A stretch of 64,000 nucleotides of DNA from Carcharhinus longimanus (Eukaryota). Numbering within the stretch: the first letter of the stretch is position 1; each line of letters starts with the position of its first letter. The position numbers and the translations under genes are program-made. Where the stretch lies: NCBI GenBank assembly GCA_030264375.1, contig JASCQW010000027.1:45049034-45113033 (forward strand). The letters run 5' to 3'. The notes below the pieces were generated by a model, which was given only the letters and a program-made list of their open reading frames with translations, had not been told where the DNA came from and searched no databases. Below are positions 39,046 to 51,154 of the stretch, piece after piece.

Positions 39046-39410
39046 ATTACTGAAAGAATTATGATGTCAAAGCTTTTTACCTTGCACTCATTGGGCAAAA
39101 ATGCCAAATTTCAAAGGGAACAACAATTTATACTGCATGAGAAAGATATGAGGGTTTGTTGGCATTTCATCTCTGATGGGTAGAGACGTTGTCATGGCAA
39201 ATGAATCGGTGTTATTGCCCATCGTGCAATTCTGGACATATTGTCTACGTATGAATATATGTAGCTTGTTGCAAGAGTTGGTTGCATTGCCAGTCGGACT
39301 GATAATCTTAAATCGGTTATTAGTGTAATTCTTGACACTTGGAAATGTTTACCAAAGGGTGCCTAATTGTGGAATTAAATCTAACATTGGGTATTGTTCT
39401 GAATATTGTT
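39046..39410. mobile_element. One arm of the fold-back repeat family found at 51155-51930
   Basis: ttgcactcattgggcaaaaatgccaaatttcaaa...gtggaattaaatctaac is collinear with 51155-51527. Confidence 0.55.
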
Positions 39411-41060
39411 CTATGCCCAGCATTATAGCAGCATGAAACACGGTAATTTGGGATAGATTGGACACTTTTCAGGTCTGAAAGTGGCAATACAATTGGGTGT
39501 TTTCTACTAACAGGAGGATAGTGTCATGTCAAAAAAAGTATTTCAGATGAGTAATGTGTGTGAATTTCAACGCCAAGTATGTAGACTATACATCCCAACG
39601 ACTGGCTGATTGTATACATGTTACAGTATACCCAAGATGAAGTTGATCCAGGTGAGACCCCTCAGTTTGTCACTGTTCAGCTGGCATTCTCTAAATTGTT
39701 ACAAACCTGGTTGAGGGGGGATGAACTGGCTCCCTGTCTTTATTCAACCCTGTTGCTGGTTGCAATAAGTTTTAATTTAAAAAAGGATCACTTTTTACCC
39801 CAGACCTAATTGTTATGTTTTAAGAGGAGCCAATGTAACCAGACTTTCTTGAGTTAAAGATAGTGAGTTTATTAATTACTAAAGGCAAGAAAATATACAC
39901 ATGCGTATACATTCATACAGTTTAGAAGGGAGAATTGAGTTCAAAGTGAGGAGTAGCAGAACAAACATATTGTGGCCATTGCAATTTGAGATTCCAGTGG
40001 AGTAGACTTCAGTCGGTGAATAGCCAGTTTTGAGGGTTCCAATAGACTTGCATTTAGGCAAATCGTTGGTCTTGCGATTCGCGTTCTGTAATTCAGCGGA
40101 GAAGCTTCCCAATTCTCTTTTCAGCTGCAGTGTTTGCTGATTGGGCTAACCTACACAGCAAGAGAGATAAAGAGCTTTGATAGCATGTCTCTTTTTTCAA
40201 TAATACTCAAGTTCTGTTCTACCAAGCAACTATATAGTACAAGATATTGCACATGTCAAAAATAATGATCAGAGACATTATTTCATTGTCTTCCACCTTC
40301 CCTAAGCATACACGATCTCATAAGAGCATTGACTATTTAATCTGTGGCATTTACACATTGTAAACCAGCTATACTCCTGATCTCACTGAGTGAGACTAGC
40401 ATTTGTGTTGCTTTTATGGAGCTTTGTGCCTAGAATTTGCATCCATATTAAACTGAACTGAGAATATCTTAAACTAATACCCTTAAATGTAACAATTATG
40501 TTATTTCATTCACAAATAGCTTATTACAACCCATGATGGAAATTAGTAATCCAATTCCCAGATTTTAGCCATTTTGGTTCTTATTTTGTAACTACAAAAC
40601 AAAATCGTGTTTATTGCCATAATATTCATTCAGCTGCCCTCACTTACTGTGGGGAAATAACTAAGTTACATATTATGCTTCTTCCCATACAGCAATGTCA
40701 ATGGTCATGAAATTACTGTTAATGCTATTGTGAGTAAAATTAGCTTAATATGATTGACTTTTCAGTGCTGTTGCTGAATCTGCATCCTGTTGTATTCTGT
40801 TTGCTATTTTAGTAAAGGTGTTAACCTTTAAAGGTTATTAAAACCATTAAGATTGCAATTTCAAATTTCATGGTAATTTTTATAAGGTTGTAAGTTGGAA
40901 AGTATTTTTAAAAGCTATTGAAAATGAGTATAATAATTAATTTCTTCATTTTTATCATGAAAGTTATTATGAGTACCTGAATTCGACTGTTAAGCTTTGG
41001 ATCAGGATTGTATCAGCTGTTAAATATTCCTCTCAATACATACAATATCTAATGTTGCAG

Positions 41061-41251
41061 ACGCTGTGAAGCGCAGAACGTTGCCAGCCTGGATTCGTGA
41101 GGGACTGGAGAAGATGGAGCGGGAAAAGCAGAAAAAACTTGAGAAAGAAAGGTTAGAAAAAGAGCGAGCTCAATCATCAAAAAACAAAAAAGATCCAGTA
41201 GAGGTTCCTGAAGAAACTGATGGACCACGATTGCCTCACAAAAGCAAATTT
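41061..41251 (+). CDS. PNISR: PNISR coding exon 5
   Basis: DAVKRRTLPAWIREGLEKMEREKQKKLEKER...DGPRLPHKSKF, the conserved PNISR core motif. T|GTAAGT donor. Confidence 0.97.
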
Positions 41252-41823
41252 GTAAGTGCTTGTATAATGGCATATCTCAAGGCGCAATAACTGATGTGCT
41301 TTTAGCCATATTCTTCATTTGAGAATGCTAACAGGTTTTCAGGAAAATCTATCTAATATTAACTACTACAAACAAGTCTGTTAGTGAATTACAGTTGCTG
41401 TGTGTAAAATCTGATGACCAAAAGGGATGATGGTAGGTGGCCAATGTGCTTTTTTCCAGCTTGTCATTTTTAATCCTTTCCAGAAAAAGAAATTAAGCCA
41501 GATACCGTTGTTCGTAGAACATTCTGATACATTTTTTGAATATTCAGCTGTTTATGTTACTTGGTTGTTACATTTAGGGAAATTGAGATGTGTGTACTTG
41601 TGTTTAATCAGATAATAATGTATACACTAAACGCAAAGTACATGCTTGTTTTGAACCTTTTGGTTTTCATGTTCGGCTGCCTGGTTTAGTGAGTACGTAT
41701 TTACACAGTATACCTTCGAAAAGAATTGTGAATTAAAAGAAATTGAACAAAGTAGTTCTTTGAATTTTTCTTAAGTTTCGTTTTGAAATTTGGCAATTGA
41801 TATTCTGGTCTGTGGTGTTTTAG

Positions 41824-41961
41824 GACAGTGATGAAGAAGATGAAGAGTATGAAACCACTGAAACAAAAATTAGTGACAAACCAAGCAGAAGTCCCTCACC
41901 AATTGCGCAGGAAGAACAGAGCGAACCAGAAATGACTGAAGAAGAAAAAGAATTTCAGATG
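41824..41961 (+). CDS. PNISR: PNISR coding exon 6 (GC donor inferred)
   Basis: DSDEEDEEYETTETKISDKPSRSPSPIAQEEQSEPEMTEEEKEFQM, followed by GCATGT. Confidence 0.9.
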
Positions 41962-44603
41962 GCATGTCAATCTGTTGATCTTATTACACTTTGAGTTTGA
42001 AATTTAAGCTCACAATTAGGAAACCATTAATTGGGNNNNNNNNNNNNNNNNNNNTCAAAATTTTGGCAAATATTAAGGAACATTTCAAGTACAAAGAAAT
42101 GTTAACTAGAGTTTGAATTTGAGATTTATGCAAATGTAGTTTTAAATTTCATCTTTCCTTGTAACAAAATAATTTCTACACAGTTAAGGAATTGATGCAT
42201 TACCATGCAATAGCTTTTAAGTTATAGGTGGTAAATGTTTCAAATGCTGCTGATATTTTATGCAAATGTGTGCCTTGATTGTAACTGTTGGACTTTGTGC
42301 AACATAGCTTGTGCGTTTTTTTGCCACTGCCATTGCATTTCTTTTGATTTTACATACCCCTGATCAAGTCCTCAAAGTAGGTGACGCTGTTGCCTATTTA
42401 GCTTTTGATGTCCAGTGTGAACAGCCACCTTGATGTCCCAAATCTCTTAACTTATTTCTCATCCCTGGTAGCATACTAGTGAAGTTATGCTGCACCTTTT
42501 ATGTTCTTTTTATATCCTTTCTGTAAATGGGATGCCCAGAAGCTGTCCACGGTACTCCAGTTGTTGCCTTTCTGTGGTCTTATCCAAGATTAACATTACC
42601 TTCTTGTTTTTCCATCGCTTGATATGAATTCACTTCTCATGGCTTTGTCAACTTGTGCTGCGCTTTGAATGTTTTGTGCATCCAGTTGTGCATTTCCAAG
42701 CTCTTTTCGTCACTTTCCTGTATTTATATTGATCATAGATTTCATTTTTATTGTTTCCAATATCGAGACAAAATGTTTTTGTTAGTTCCCGATTCACCTG
42801 TAGGTGTTTTCAGCCTTCAAAACTTGTTAAATCTCTTCGCCCTCTCTGTTCCTGTACAGCATTCTCAGTAGTTTTGCATTCTTGGCAACACTTGTGAATC
42901 CTCATCGTATATAATCTGACCTTTAGGGGTGTTTCTTGAATGGAATACCCAAAGCTATCAGCTTAAATCTTAATTGGCTGAACTAGCATTCTGCCACTTC
43001 AACTCCAACCATGTCCTTAAACATACTCGATTTGTACACTTGCAACCTCCTGTTAAAATATCTGCTATTCTCAGCGTATCATAGTTTTTCCTTCCTCTCT
43101 CAAATATGCTTTGTTTCTTAGTCAAATATCCTGATTTTTATAATTTTTTAAAATTATTTTATGTTTTGGTCACTGCCTGTTCATGTTTCCTTGTTTTTAT
43201 GTCACGTGATTGCTGTACTTCATTATCTATAACCAAGTCAAATAATGCATCTGTTCTTATTTGATTAACAGCATATTGACTGAGGAATTTCTGACTATAT
43301 TGTACAAATCTTCCAATCCTTGGCACAATCATTTTCTCCAAAATTAATTGTCTTGCATAATTAAAACTTCAATTATAATTTTTAAGGCACCCTTTTTGAC
43401 TTGAAAAAAATCACCCTTCCTTTCTAAGGATGATAATATAAATAGTAATTTGGTGATAATATCTGTTGGAGTCAACCAAAATTTTTGGGCAGATTAGAGG
43501 ACATCCTATTCCCATATTTGGAATGGGATTGTCTGATGTTGAAAGGGGAGGCCCCAGAATGTTTCATTTCTCTGCACTGCAACAGTTAATTAAAATAACG
43601 GCCTGTAACGTCCTGGCTTCCCAGCATTGGATTTGGCTGGTAGCCCAAAGATGCTCTGGGGACTCTCAGAACTTCCCAGGTAAGGCTTTGTGTGACAATT
43701 GTCCAGAAGTGCTAACTTTTTCTGAACAATTGCACTGCAATGGGAACCCAAGCGATAAAGTGATTTTTGAGTGGCAAACCTTCGGTGGTTCTGCCAATTC
43801 TGATTTTACACCAGTGGTGTAATGGAACGGAGGCAGATCTACCTCCCCAATTTTTGTGCATTTATCTTCTCCCTGGCTTGTCAGTACCACTTGGCCCTTT
43901 ACACCAACCTGTTTTCTGGTAGCCAGTGTGCAGTGGTCTTCCTGCACTTGCTGGAATTGCACCACACTGGTGCTTGTTTCACTGCAGGCACCAAGCAGCT
44001 CCAGCCAACTGAGGTTTGAATGCAAATTGAGCAAGTCAGTGTGCTTTTTAAACTATTGTATTCTTATTGGAGTAAGAAGTCTCACAACATCAGGTTAAAG
44101 TCTAACAGGTTTATTTATTTGCAAAAGCCACTAGCTTTCAGAGCGCTTGCTGCCCCTCGTATTTTTACTGGGCCATGACTTTGAGTCATGTGGAAATTGT
44201 GGCCCAATGTAAATCTAAATAAATAGCTGGCATAATGTATTAGCTTGAAGGAGTTTGTGGTATAGATTTTTTTTTGTTCATTAAACTGTTTACCAAGGCA
44301 AAGCAAAAAAAAAGTTTTCATTAAATCAAAATAAGCAACATTTGTATGGCTATTCTGACCTTCTGTATGGCCTAAAGAACAGATGACTTGTCAATCACTG
44401 AGCAAAATTAATAATTAAAGCAGAAATAGATTCCAGGTGCATTTGTAAAAATGACTCGTAAAAAGAAATACTCTATTCAAGTGACTGACAAAACTATTAA
44501 GGTGGATGTTGACTTTATGTAGGCAAATTCCATTACAGTCTCCCTTTCCGCGTGGTAATCAGTGAAGCTAATATTAAAATGTTTGATCTATTGTTGATCA
44601 CAG

Positions 44604-44703
44604 ATGATAATGATGAAGATGCTGCTTACAGAAGTCCTTTTAGAAGTAACAAATGAAGAGATCTATTATGTTGCCAGAGAAGTTCACCGTAAAGCCACTA
44701 AAG
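44604..44703 (+). CDS. PNISR: PNISR coding exon 7
   Basis: MIMMKMLLTEVLLEVTNEEIYYVAREVHRKATK. cacag acceptor, AAG|GTAC donor. Confidence 0.95.
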
Positions 44704-45927
44704 GTACAAAAATGTTTCTTCAATAAATAATTAGTAGAAAATAACTACAATGGATACAGCATAAAAATGGCCTAAGTTTTTAATTTCTTCAGACTCCACA
44801 CATTTTGATCTTTCTGATATATTAAAATGCTTGACAGTAAATTTAAAATGTCTGTATGTTCAGAAAATTGCATTTATTCCTAAGGAGAAATGGATAAGTA
44901 AGCTACTCTTGAATTTTATATTTCCCTCATTGCGCACGCCACAGAAAAGGTTTTGCACCCCTTGAGAAAAAAAAAATTTGAGTAGGTAGTACAGTAAAAC
45001 CTCATTAAATCAAACATTTGTGGAATATAGAAGTAAATAAACCAAGAGGTTGGAGTTGCTATGCGGTGGCTATGACAAACTATCAAAGACACAAAACTTA
45101 TTTTCATCTGGGTAGTGGTTGTAATTAAGAAACTTGCATAATGTATCGGGTGGGATATTCAGTAAAATGAGGACAAGTGAGCCTACAGACCAGTTGATGA
45201 ATCAGCTTAATCTTGCTGACAAACTGCAGAGGAAGTTTGCTGCCAGCTGCACAGCTGTTTATTTTGCTCAGATGTCCTAATGTAGTGTTTACGGCAAAGA
45301 AAGGCCAGACAAATGGGTCACTTATCCCAACAGTACAAAGCCAGTGCTTGTGATTCACATGAGCCTCCTCTCACCTTATACCTTTGTATTCCTTTCTCCC
45401 TCATGTACTTATCTGTTCTAGATTAATGATTAATTCTTAAATAGTTGGCGAAAAGAATTTAACAAAGGTATTCAATTCAAAATATAGCTGAAAAAAGGAG
45501 CTTATGTCTGAAATGATGAGGCTAATTCATTGGGGGTGGGGGTGGTGGGATGGTACTTGTGTAATGTTTTAAATCGTAGCTCTTCAGTTATCTTTTGAAG
45601 ATGATCTACATGGCTGATAAATGTTTGCCCTGTCATTGGTCTCCATGTTGAAAGAGCTTCAGTTGAGGAATGATTGACAGTGGATTCAAATAAAGCTTAG
45701 ACTGATGGGGTGAAATCTCTGCAGTCTGCTGACTAAGAGTCTTGTATGAAATGTTTGGCAGTCTCGTTCCAGTTCCTAGTGCATATGGAGCTGTAACACA
45801 ATTGTTTCTAATTTAGCACTAATTGGTAAATTATCTTAGATGCCCCCTGAAGATGGTTGCTTTGAGAACTGTAAAACTGTAGTTTTTGTGTTCTGAGATT
45901 AGGACAAGATACAGAGCAAACTTTGTT

Positions 45928-46019
45928 GTACAACTAGTTGTGCTGTACCAATCCCTAGATATTTAGCAAAGTTTGCTCCTGAAAATATTCAGGGACTGGT
46001 ACAGCGCAGCTAGATGTAC
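45928..46019. repeat. 92-nt inverted repeat / hairpin
   Basis: 37-nt arms at 45928-45964 and 45983-46019 pair with 31 Watson-Crick pairs, 3 G-U pairs and 3 mismatches. Confidence 0.85.
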
Positions 46020-47463
46020 TTGAGCCGTGTTACCTTAAATTGAAAGTGCTTTATTGACCAGAAAACGTGAGGTTTGAATTTACATGATTTCAGTGTGCTG
46101 TAACTTTATTAAAAAAGCTTAGTTATTTGTGATTGGCCAGTGATCTTCGCTTCAGTTGGTATAAATGATAACCCAACTTTCAAGCCTGTGTTAATCGAAC
46201 AGGATTTGGTGATGACCTGATAATTTGATTAATTGAGAGTTTTGACAGGGATTTGGTTGAATGGGATTTTACTGTATGCCAAACTACAATTAATTTTTTC
46301 AGTTAAAGAAGTTTTTATTATGTTTCCCTCACAGAATTTCAAATTACTAAAAAGAAATCCAAAAATTCCATGGCTTTTCAAAACATAATTGACATTTTTT
46401 GTCCAAAATGGAAATTGCCTTCAACAGGATTTCAGAATTAAGTTGCTTTCTAGTAATTACATCCACCGAAAGAAGATATGGGAACTTTGACATGACAGTT
46501 ACTGGGCAGCCATTGTAAAAATGAGCATGGGTGTGTTACAAAGTTCTTCAGTAAATGACTATTCAAGAGTTTTATTCTTGTATGTAGTACTAATCCAGGT
46601 AACTATACAGGTAGCTCAGGAATTAATGCAATTTCTTTTTATTATACCATTTTTTCATAGCTGCAATAAGGAAATGAGCGTTGGATATTTTCCTATACTT
46701 GTGAATATAACAGATGTAGGAGTGCAGCTTTTTATTATCCATCAATAATTGTTTGGTTTCAGTCATTACAACTTATAGCAGTGTCTGCAATAGTGTATGC
46801 ATTTCTTGTGATCTGTCTCTAGAGCAGCAATTCAATTTGTAACCTCACATCTACATCAGATTCTGACCTCTGTGTGTTCCTTGGATTATAAATGCCGTAT
46901 GTTTAATTTGGCTATGTATACTAATACCTGAAATTACAAATCAAAAATTGGGATAATTTTGGATTAACATGAATTCTAAAATCAATGATATCTGCCTATC
47001 TTTTCAGATTTTTCACTTGCTGTCAAGCCAGTATCAATATTACCTGTTGAATGCATACTGAGCTGTATCACCTTCTTTAATATATCAGCATTTCACTATT
47101 TTCAGGTTTTGCTTTTAGAAATGTAGGAAAATTTTCCAGGTTTACTTTTTAAAAGCTGACTGCATCTCCTTCCTTGATAAAAATGTGTGAAACCCAAATC
47201 CTTTGTTCCTTCTTCATTGATATTGTATTACAGGAAAAGATACAAACTGATTTTGCTTTAGGTGATATTGTAAACAGAATATGCCTGTTATATGAAGCAC
47301 TGTGCTCTTGAATGGATCTTTTTGTTTATAACGTTTCTTCTCTCCCTTGCAAAGCAGCTGTTTTGCAATGTTCCCTTGCAATGTACAGTTTTGCAATACC
47401 ATAGCAACTCATGACTTTGAAAAAGTGTTAACATGTTGTTCCTGTTGTTGATGTGATACAAAG

Positions 47464-47517
47464 CTCCTGCAAAGCAGCTGGCACAGTCCAGTGCACTGGC
47501 TTCTCTAACTGGACTTG
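47464..47517 (+). CDS. PNISR: PNISR coding exon 8 (54 nt)
   Basis: APAKQLAQSSALASLTGL, identical to the recalled human peptide. Weak AAG acceptor, G|GTAAGT donor. Confidence 0.93.
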
Positions 47518-47865
47518 GTAAGTAGCATCCTTTAAGAAAAACGGGTAATGGGAGAAAGGGGATTTGTTCAAAATTTAAGCTTGTACGTGTGCTGTACCTA
47601 TGTACTTTCTATTTGTCACCATGTACTTTTTAACAATCAACGTGTACTTTTCAAGGTGATAATTATGCATTTCTAGCTCACATTTTGTTTTTTCCATCCA
47701 GTTATAGATTACTACATAAACTTATGGAACGTTGCTTGTATAGTACTAGTGCCAAGCTGTCTTGCTGACATTGCAGAGCTTCATCCTTTCCTAGCCAGAA
47801 CTTTTACCTCTCTGCACAGTGCAACAGGGCAATGTCAGTTCTCAAAAATATTTGTTATAGTGACA

Positions 47866-48775
47866 TAATGCCTATTTTAATTTCTAGGCAATTTTCTGTT
47901 TCCAACTGGAAACTGGTGAAAGGAAATAATATCAGTGGGAACCCAATAATTGCAAACTTATTGTCATTAAATCAGATTCAAACAAATAAAGCTATTGGAG
48001 TTGGGAGCTAGTTATCTTTCCGTAGATTGGTACATTTGTTCTCACATAAAGTAACAATGGCATTTTTTTCGTAAATGCAGTGGTCGTAGTAGCATGCCTC
48101 CACTTGCTTTCATGGAGTAAAATTATTGAAACTATTCAGTTTCTCGTTTGTGATTATAGTTTTAAGTACTTGTTAAAATTGCAAAACATTTACAAAAGAA
48201 CCAAGGCATTCTAAGTCCCAAAAATGAATCTAGAATTTGTTCCCGCAATAAACCTCATGTACGTCATAGCCAGAATGGCCATTATGCACTGTCTCCTTTG
48301 TTAATTATTTTTATAATGATTCTTCATGCCTGTAAACAACTTGTCACTTCTTATCAATTTATTTTTTAAAATTTATACTGTATTATCATGATTCTTGTCT
48401 GTAATTTCTTAGCAAACACTAAGAGTGTTGGCAAGGCAGATTCAGGTGCACTAACTTTGCAGCATTGCAAAGTGTGATGTTCCATGTTTTACTACATGGT
48501 TATTTGTATTTCTTTCCCCCTCCATGATCAGCAGCTATTGCTCACCTCAAGTTAAAGTAATTACTTACATCAATAAAACACAGGCTGGAGTTCATATGAG
48601 GGAATCAATAAATACCACAACAACAGTTTTGAATCCATTCATCTACATTTGAGTACACCATCTTAATCATTAATATTCTATCAGTGCAGGTCAGTGGGAC
48701 TAGGCAGAAAAATGGTTCAGCACAGCCATGAAGAGCCAAAAGGTCTGTCTCTGTGCTGTAATGTTCTATGGTTCT
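47866..48775 (+). repeat. Intronic direct duplication, copy 1 (copy 2 at 49903-50809)
   Basis: Collinear over about 900 bp; 12 substitutions plus an 11-nt indel counted in the first ~200 bp. Confidence 0.92.
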
Positions 48776-49802
48776 ATATATTGTGAATAGCTGGGGTTCC
48801 AGCATTGATCCCTGAGACACTCCACTTGTTACTACCTGCCAATTTGAAAAGGACCCATTAATTCCTGCTCTTTATTTCCTCTCTGCCAACCAGTTTTATA
48901 TCCATCTCAATACACTTACCCCAATCATATGCTTTAATCTTGTCCAATAATCTCCTATGTAGGACTTGTCAAACGCTTTCTGAAAGCCCAAATATGCTAC
49001 ATCGACTTGCTCGATCTTGTCAACTCTACTAGTTACACCTTCAAGAAATTCCAACAGATTTGTCAAGCATGATTTCACTTCATAAATCCATGATGACTCT
49101 GTCTGATATTGCTATTGCTTTCTAAATGCTCACTATAAAGTCCTTGATAATGGATTCGAGACTTTTCCTCACAACCGATGTTATGCTTACTGGTCTATAA
49201 TTCCCTGTCTTCTCTCTTCTTCCCTTTTTGAATATTGGAGTGACATTAGATACCCTCCAATCTTCAGGAATTGTCCCAGCATCCAGGAAGATGACCACCA
49301 ATGCACCTACTATTGCTAGAGCCACTTCCTTAAGTACTCAGGGATGTAGATTATCAGGCCCTGGGGATTTATCTGCCTTCAATCACATCAATTTTCCCAG
49401 CACCATTTCTCTATTAATATTGATCTCCATCAGTTCTTCCCTCTCACTAAATCTTACATTCTCCAACATTTCTGGTATCTGATTTGCGTCCTCTTTTGGG
49501 AAGATAGAACCAAAGTATGTACTCGGTTGCTCAGCTTTTTCTTTATACATTCCACCATTTCTCTCTGTAGGGAACCTACACTTGTGTTCACCAACCTCTT
49601 TCTCTTCACGTGCTTGTAGAAATTCTTAGTGTCAGTCTTTATGTTCCCTGCAAGCTTACTTTTGTACTGTATTTTCCTCTTCTTAATCAATCTTTGCTGA
49701 GTTCTACTGCTCCCAATCCTCAGACCTATTATTTTTCTTGGCCAATCTGTATGTTTCTTTCTTGGATTGGATACTATCTCTAATTTTCTTTGTAAGCCAT
49801 GG
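48776..49802 (-). mobile_element. CR1 LINE internal RT fragment
   Basis: IPEDWRVSNVTPIFKKGRREKTGNYRPVSITS, SCLTNLLEFLEGVT, FQKAFDK, PQGSMLEPQLFTIY. Confidence 0.9.
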
Positions 49803-49902
49803 NNNNNNNNNNNNNNNNNNNNNNNNNNNNNNNNNNNNNNNNNNNNNNNNNNNNNNNNNNNNNNNNNNNNNNNNNNNNNNNNNNNNNNNNNNNNNNNNNN
49901 NN

Positions 49903-50809
49903 TAATGCCTATTTTAATTTCTAGGCAATTTTCTGTTTCCCACTGGAAACTGGTGAAAGGAAATAACATCAGTGGGAGCCCAATAATTGGAAACTTATTG
50001 TCACTAAATCAGATTCAAGCAAATAAAGCTATTGGAGTTATCTTTCCTTAGATCGGTACATTTGTTCTTACATAAAGTAGCAATGGCACTTTTTTCATAA
50101 ATGCAGTGGTCGTAGTAGCATGCCTACACTTGCTTTCATGGAGTAAAATTATTGAAACTATTCAGTTTCTCACTTGTGATTATAGTTTTAAGTACATGTT
50201 AAAACTGCAAAACCTTTACTAAAGAACCAAGGCATTTTAAGTCCCAAAAATGAATTTAGAATTTGTTCCTGCAATAAACCTCATGTACGTCATAGCCAGA
50301 ATGGCCACTATGCACTGTCTGCTTTGTTAATTATTTTTATAATGATTCTTCATGCCTGTAAACAACTTGTCACTTTTTATCAATTTATTTTTTAAATTTA
50401 TACTGTATTTTAGTGATTCTTGTCTGCAATTTCTTAGCAAATACTAAGAGTGTTGGCAAGACAGATTCCGGTGCAATAACTTTGCAACATTGCAAAGTGT
50501 GAGGTTCCAAGTTTTACTACATGATTGTTTGTATTTCTTTCCCCCTCCATGATCAGCAGCTATTGCTCACCTCAAGTTAAAGTAATTACCTACATCAATA
50601 AAACACAGGCTGGACTTCAAATGAGAGAATTAATAAATACCACAATAACGATTGTATTCGAATCCATTCATCTGTGTTTGAGTACACCGTCTTAAATGCC
50701 CAAGATAATGTTCTGTAGGTGCAGGTCAGTGGGATAGGCAGAAAAATGGTTCGGCACAGCCATGAAGGGTCAAAAAGTTTGTTTCTATGCTGTAATGTTC
50801 TATGGTTCT
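49903..50809 (+). repeat. Intronic direct duplication, copy 2
   Basis: Starts immediately after an N gap with taatgcctattttaatttctaggc, the same as 47866. Confidence 0.92.
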
Positions 50810-51154
50810 GTAATTTACTTAACACTCACTTTCTTTCCTACCAAAATTCTTTTGCTCCAAAAAAACCACCACATATGATAAACTTAAAAGAATCCTCAAC
50901 TTCACAAATGATTATCCAAACTACAAAGAAAAATAGTTAAAATTTGAAATGGGTAATTGAAGTAGAACATGATTTTATTTTAAAATATTGCTTTGTGTGG
51001 TAGCTGCTGATGGTTTACTTTTTCAGTTGTCTACCTGTAGACCAGTGATTAGTGCCTGGATGCAATTCCACAGGGACTGGTAACCCCTATTGTATGTTAC
51101 CCACATTAGTATTAAAATGGATCCAAACAATCACTCGATAGTATGGAACTTGAA

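Noticed and set aside
45532-45553. G-rich run gggggtgggggtggtgggatgg as a G-quadruplex
   Set aside because: Only three clear G3+ tracts and no functional evidence.
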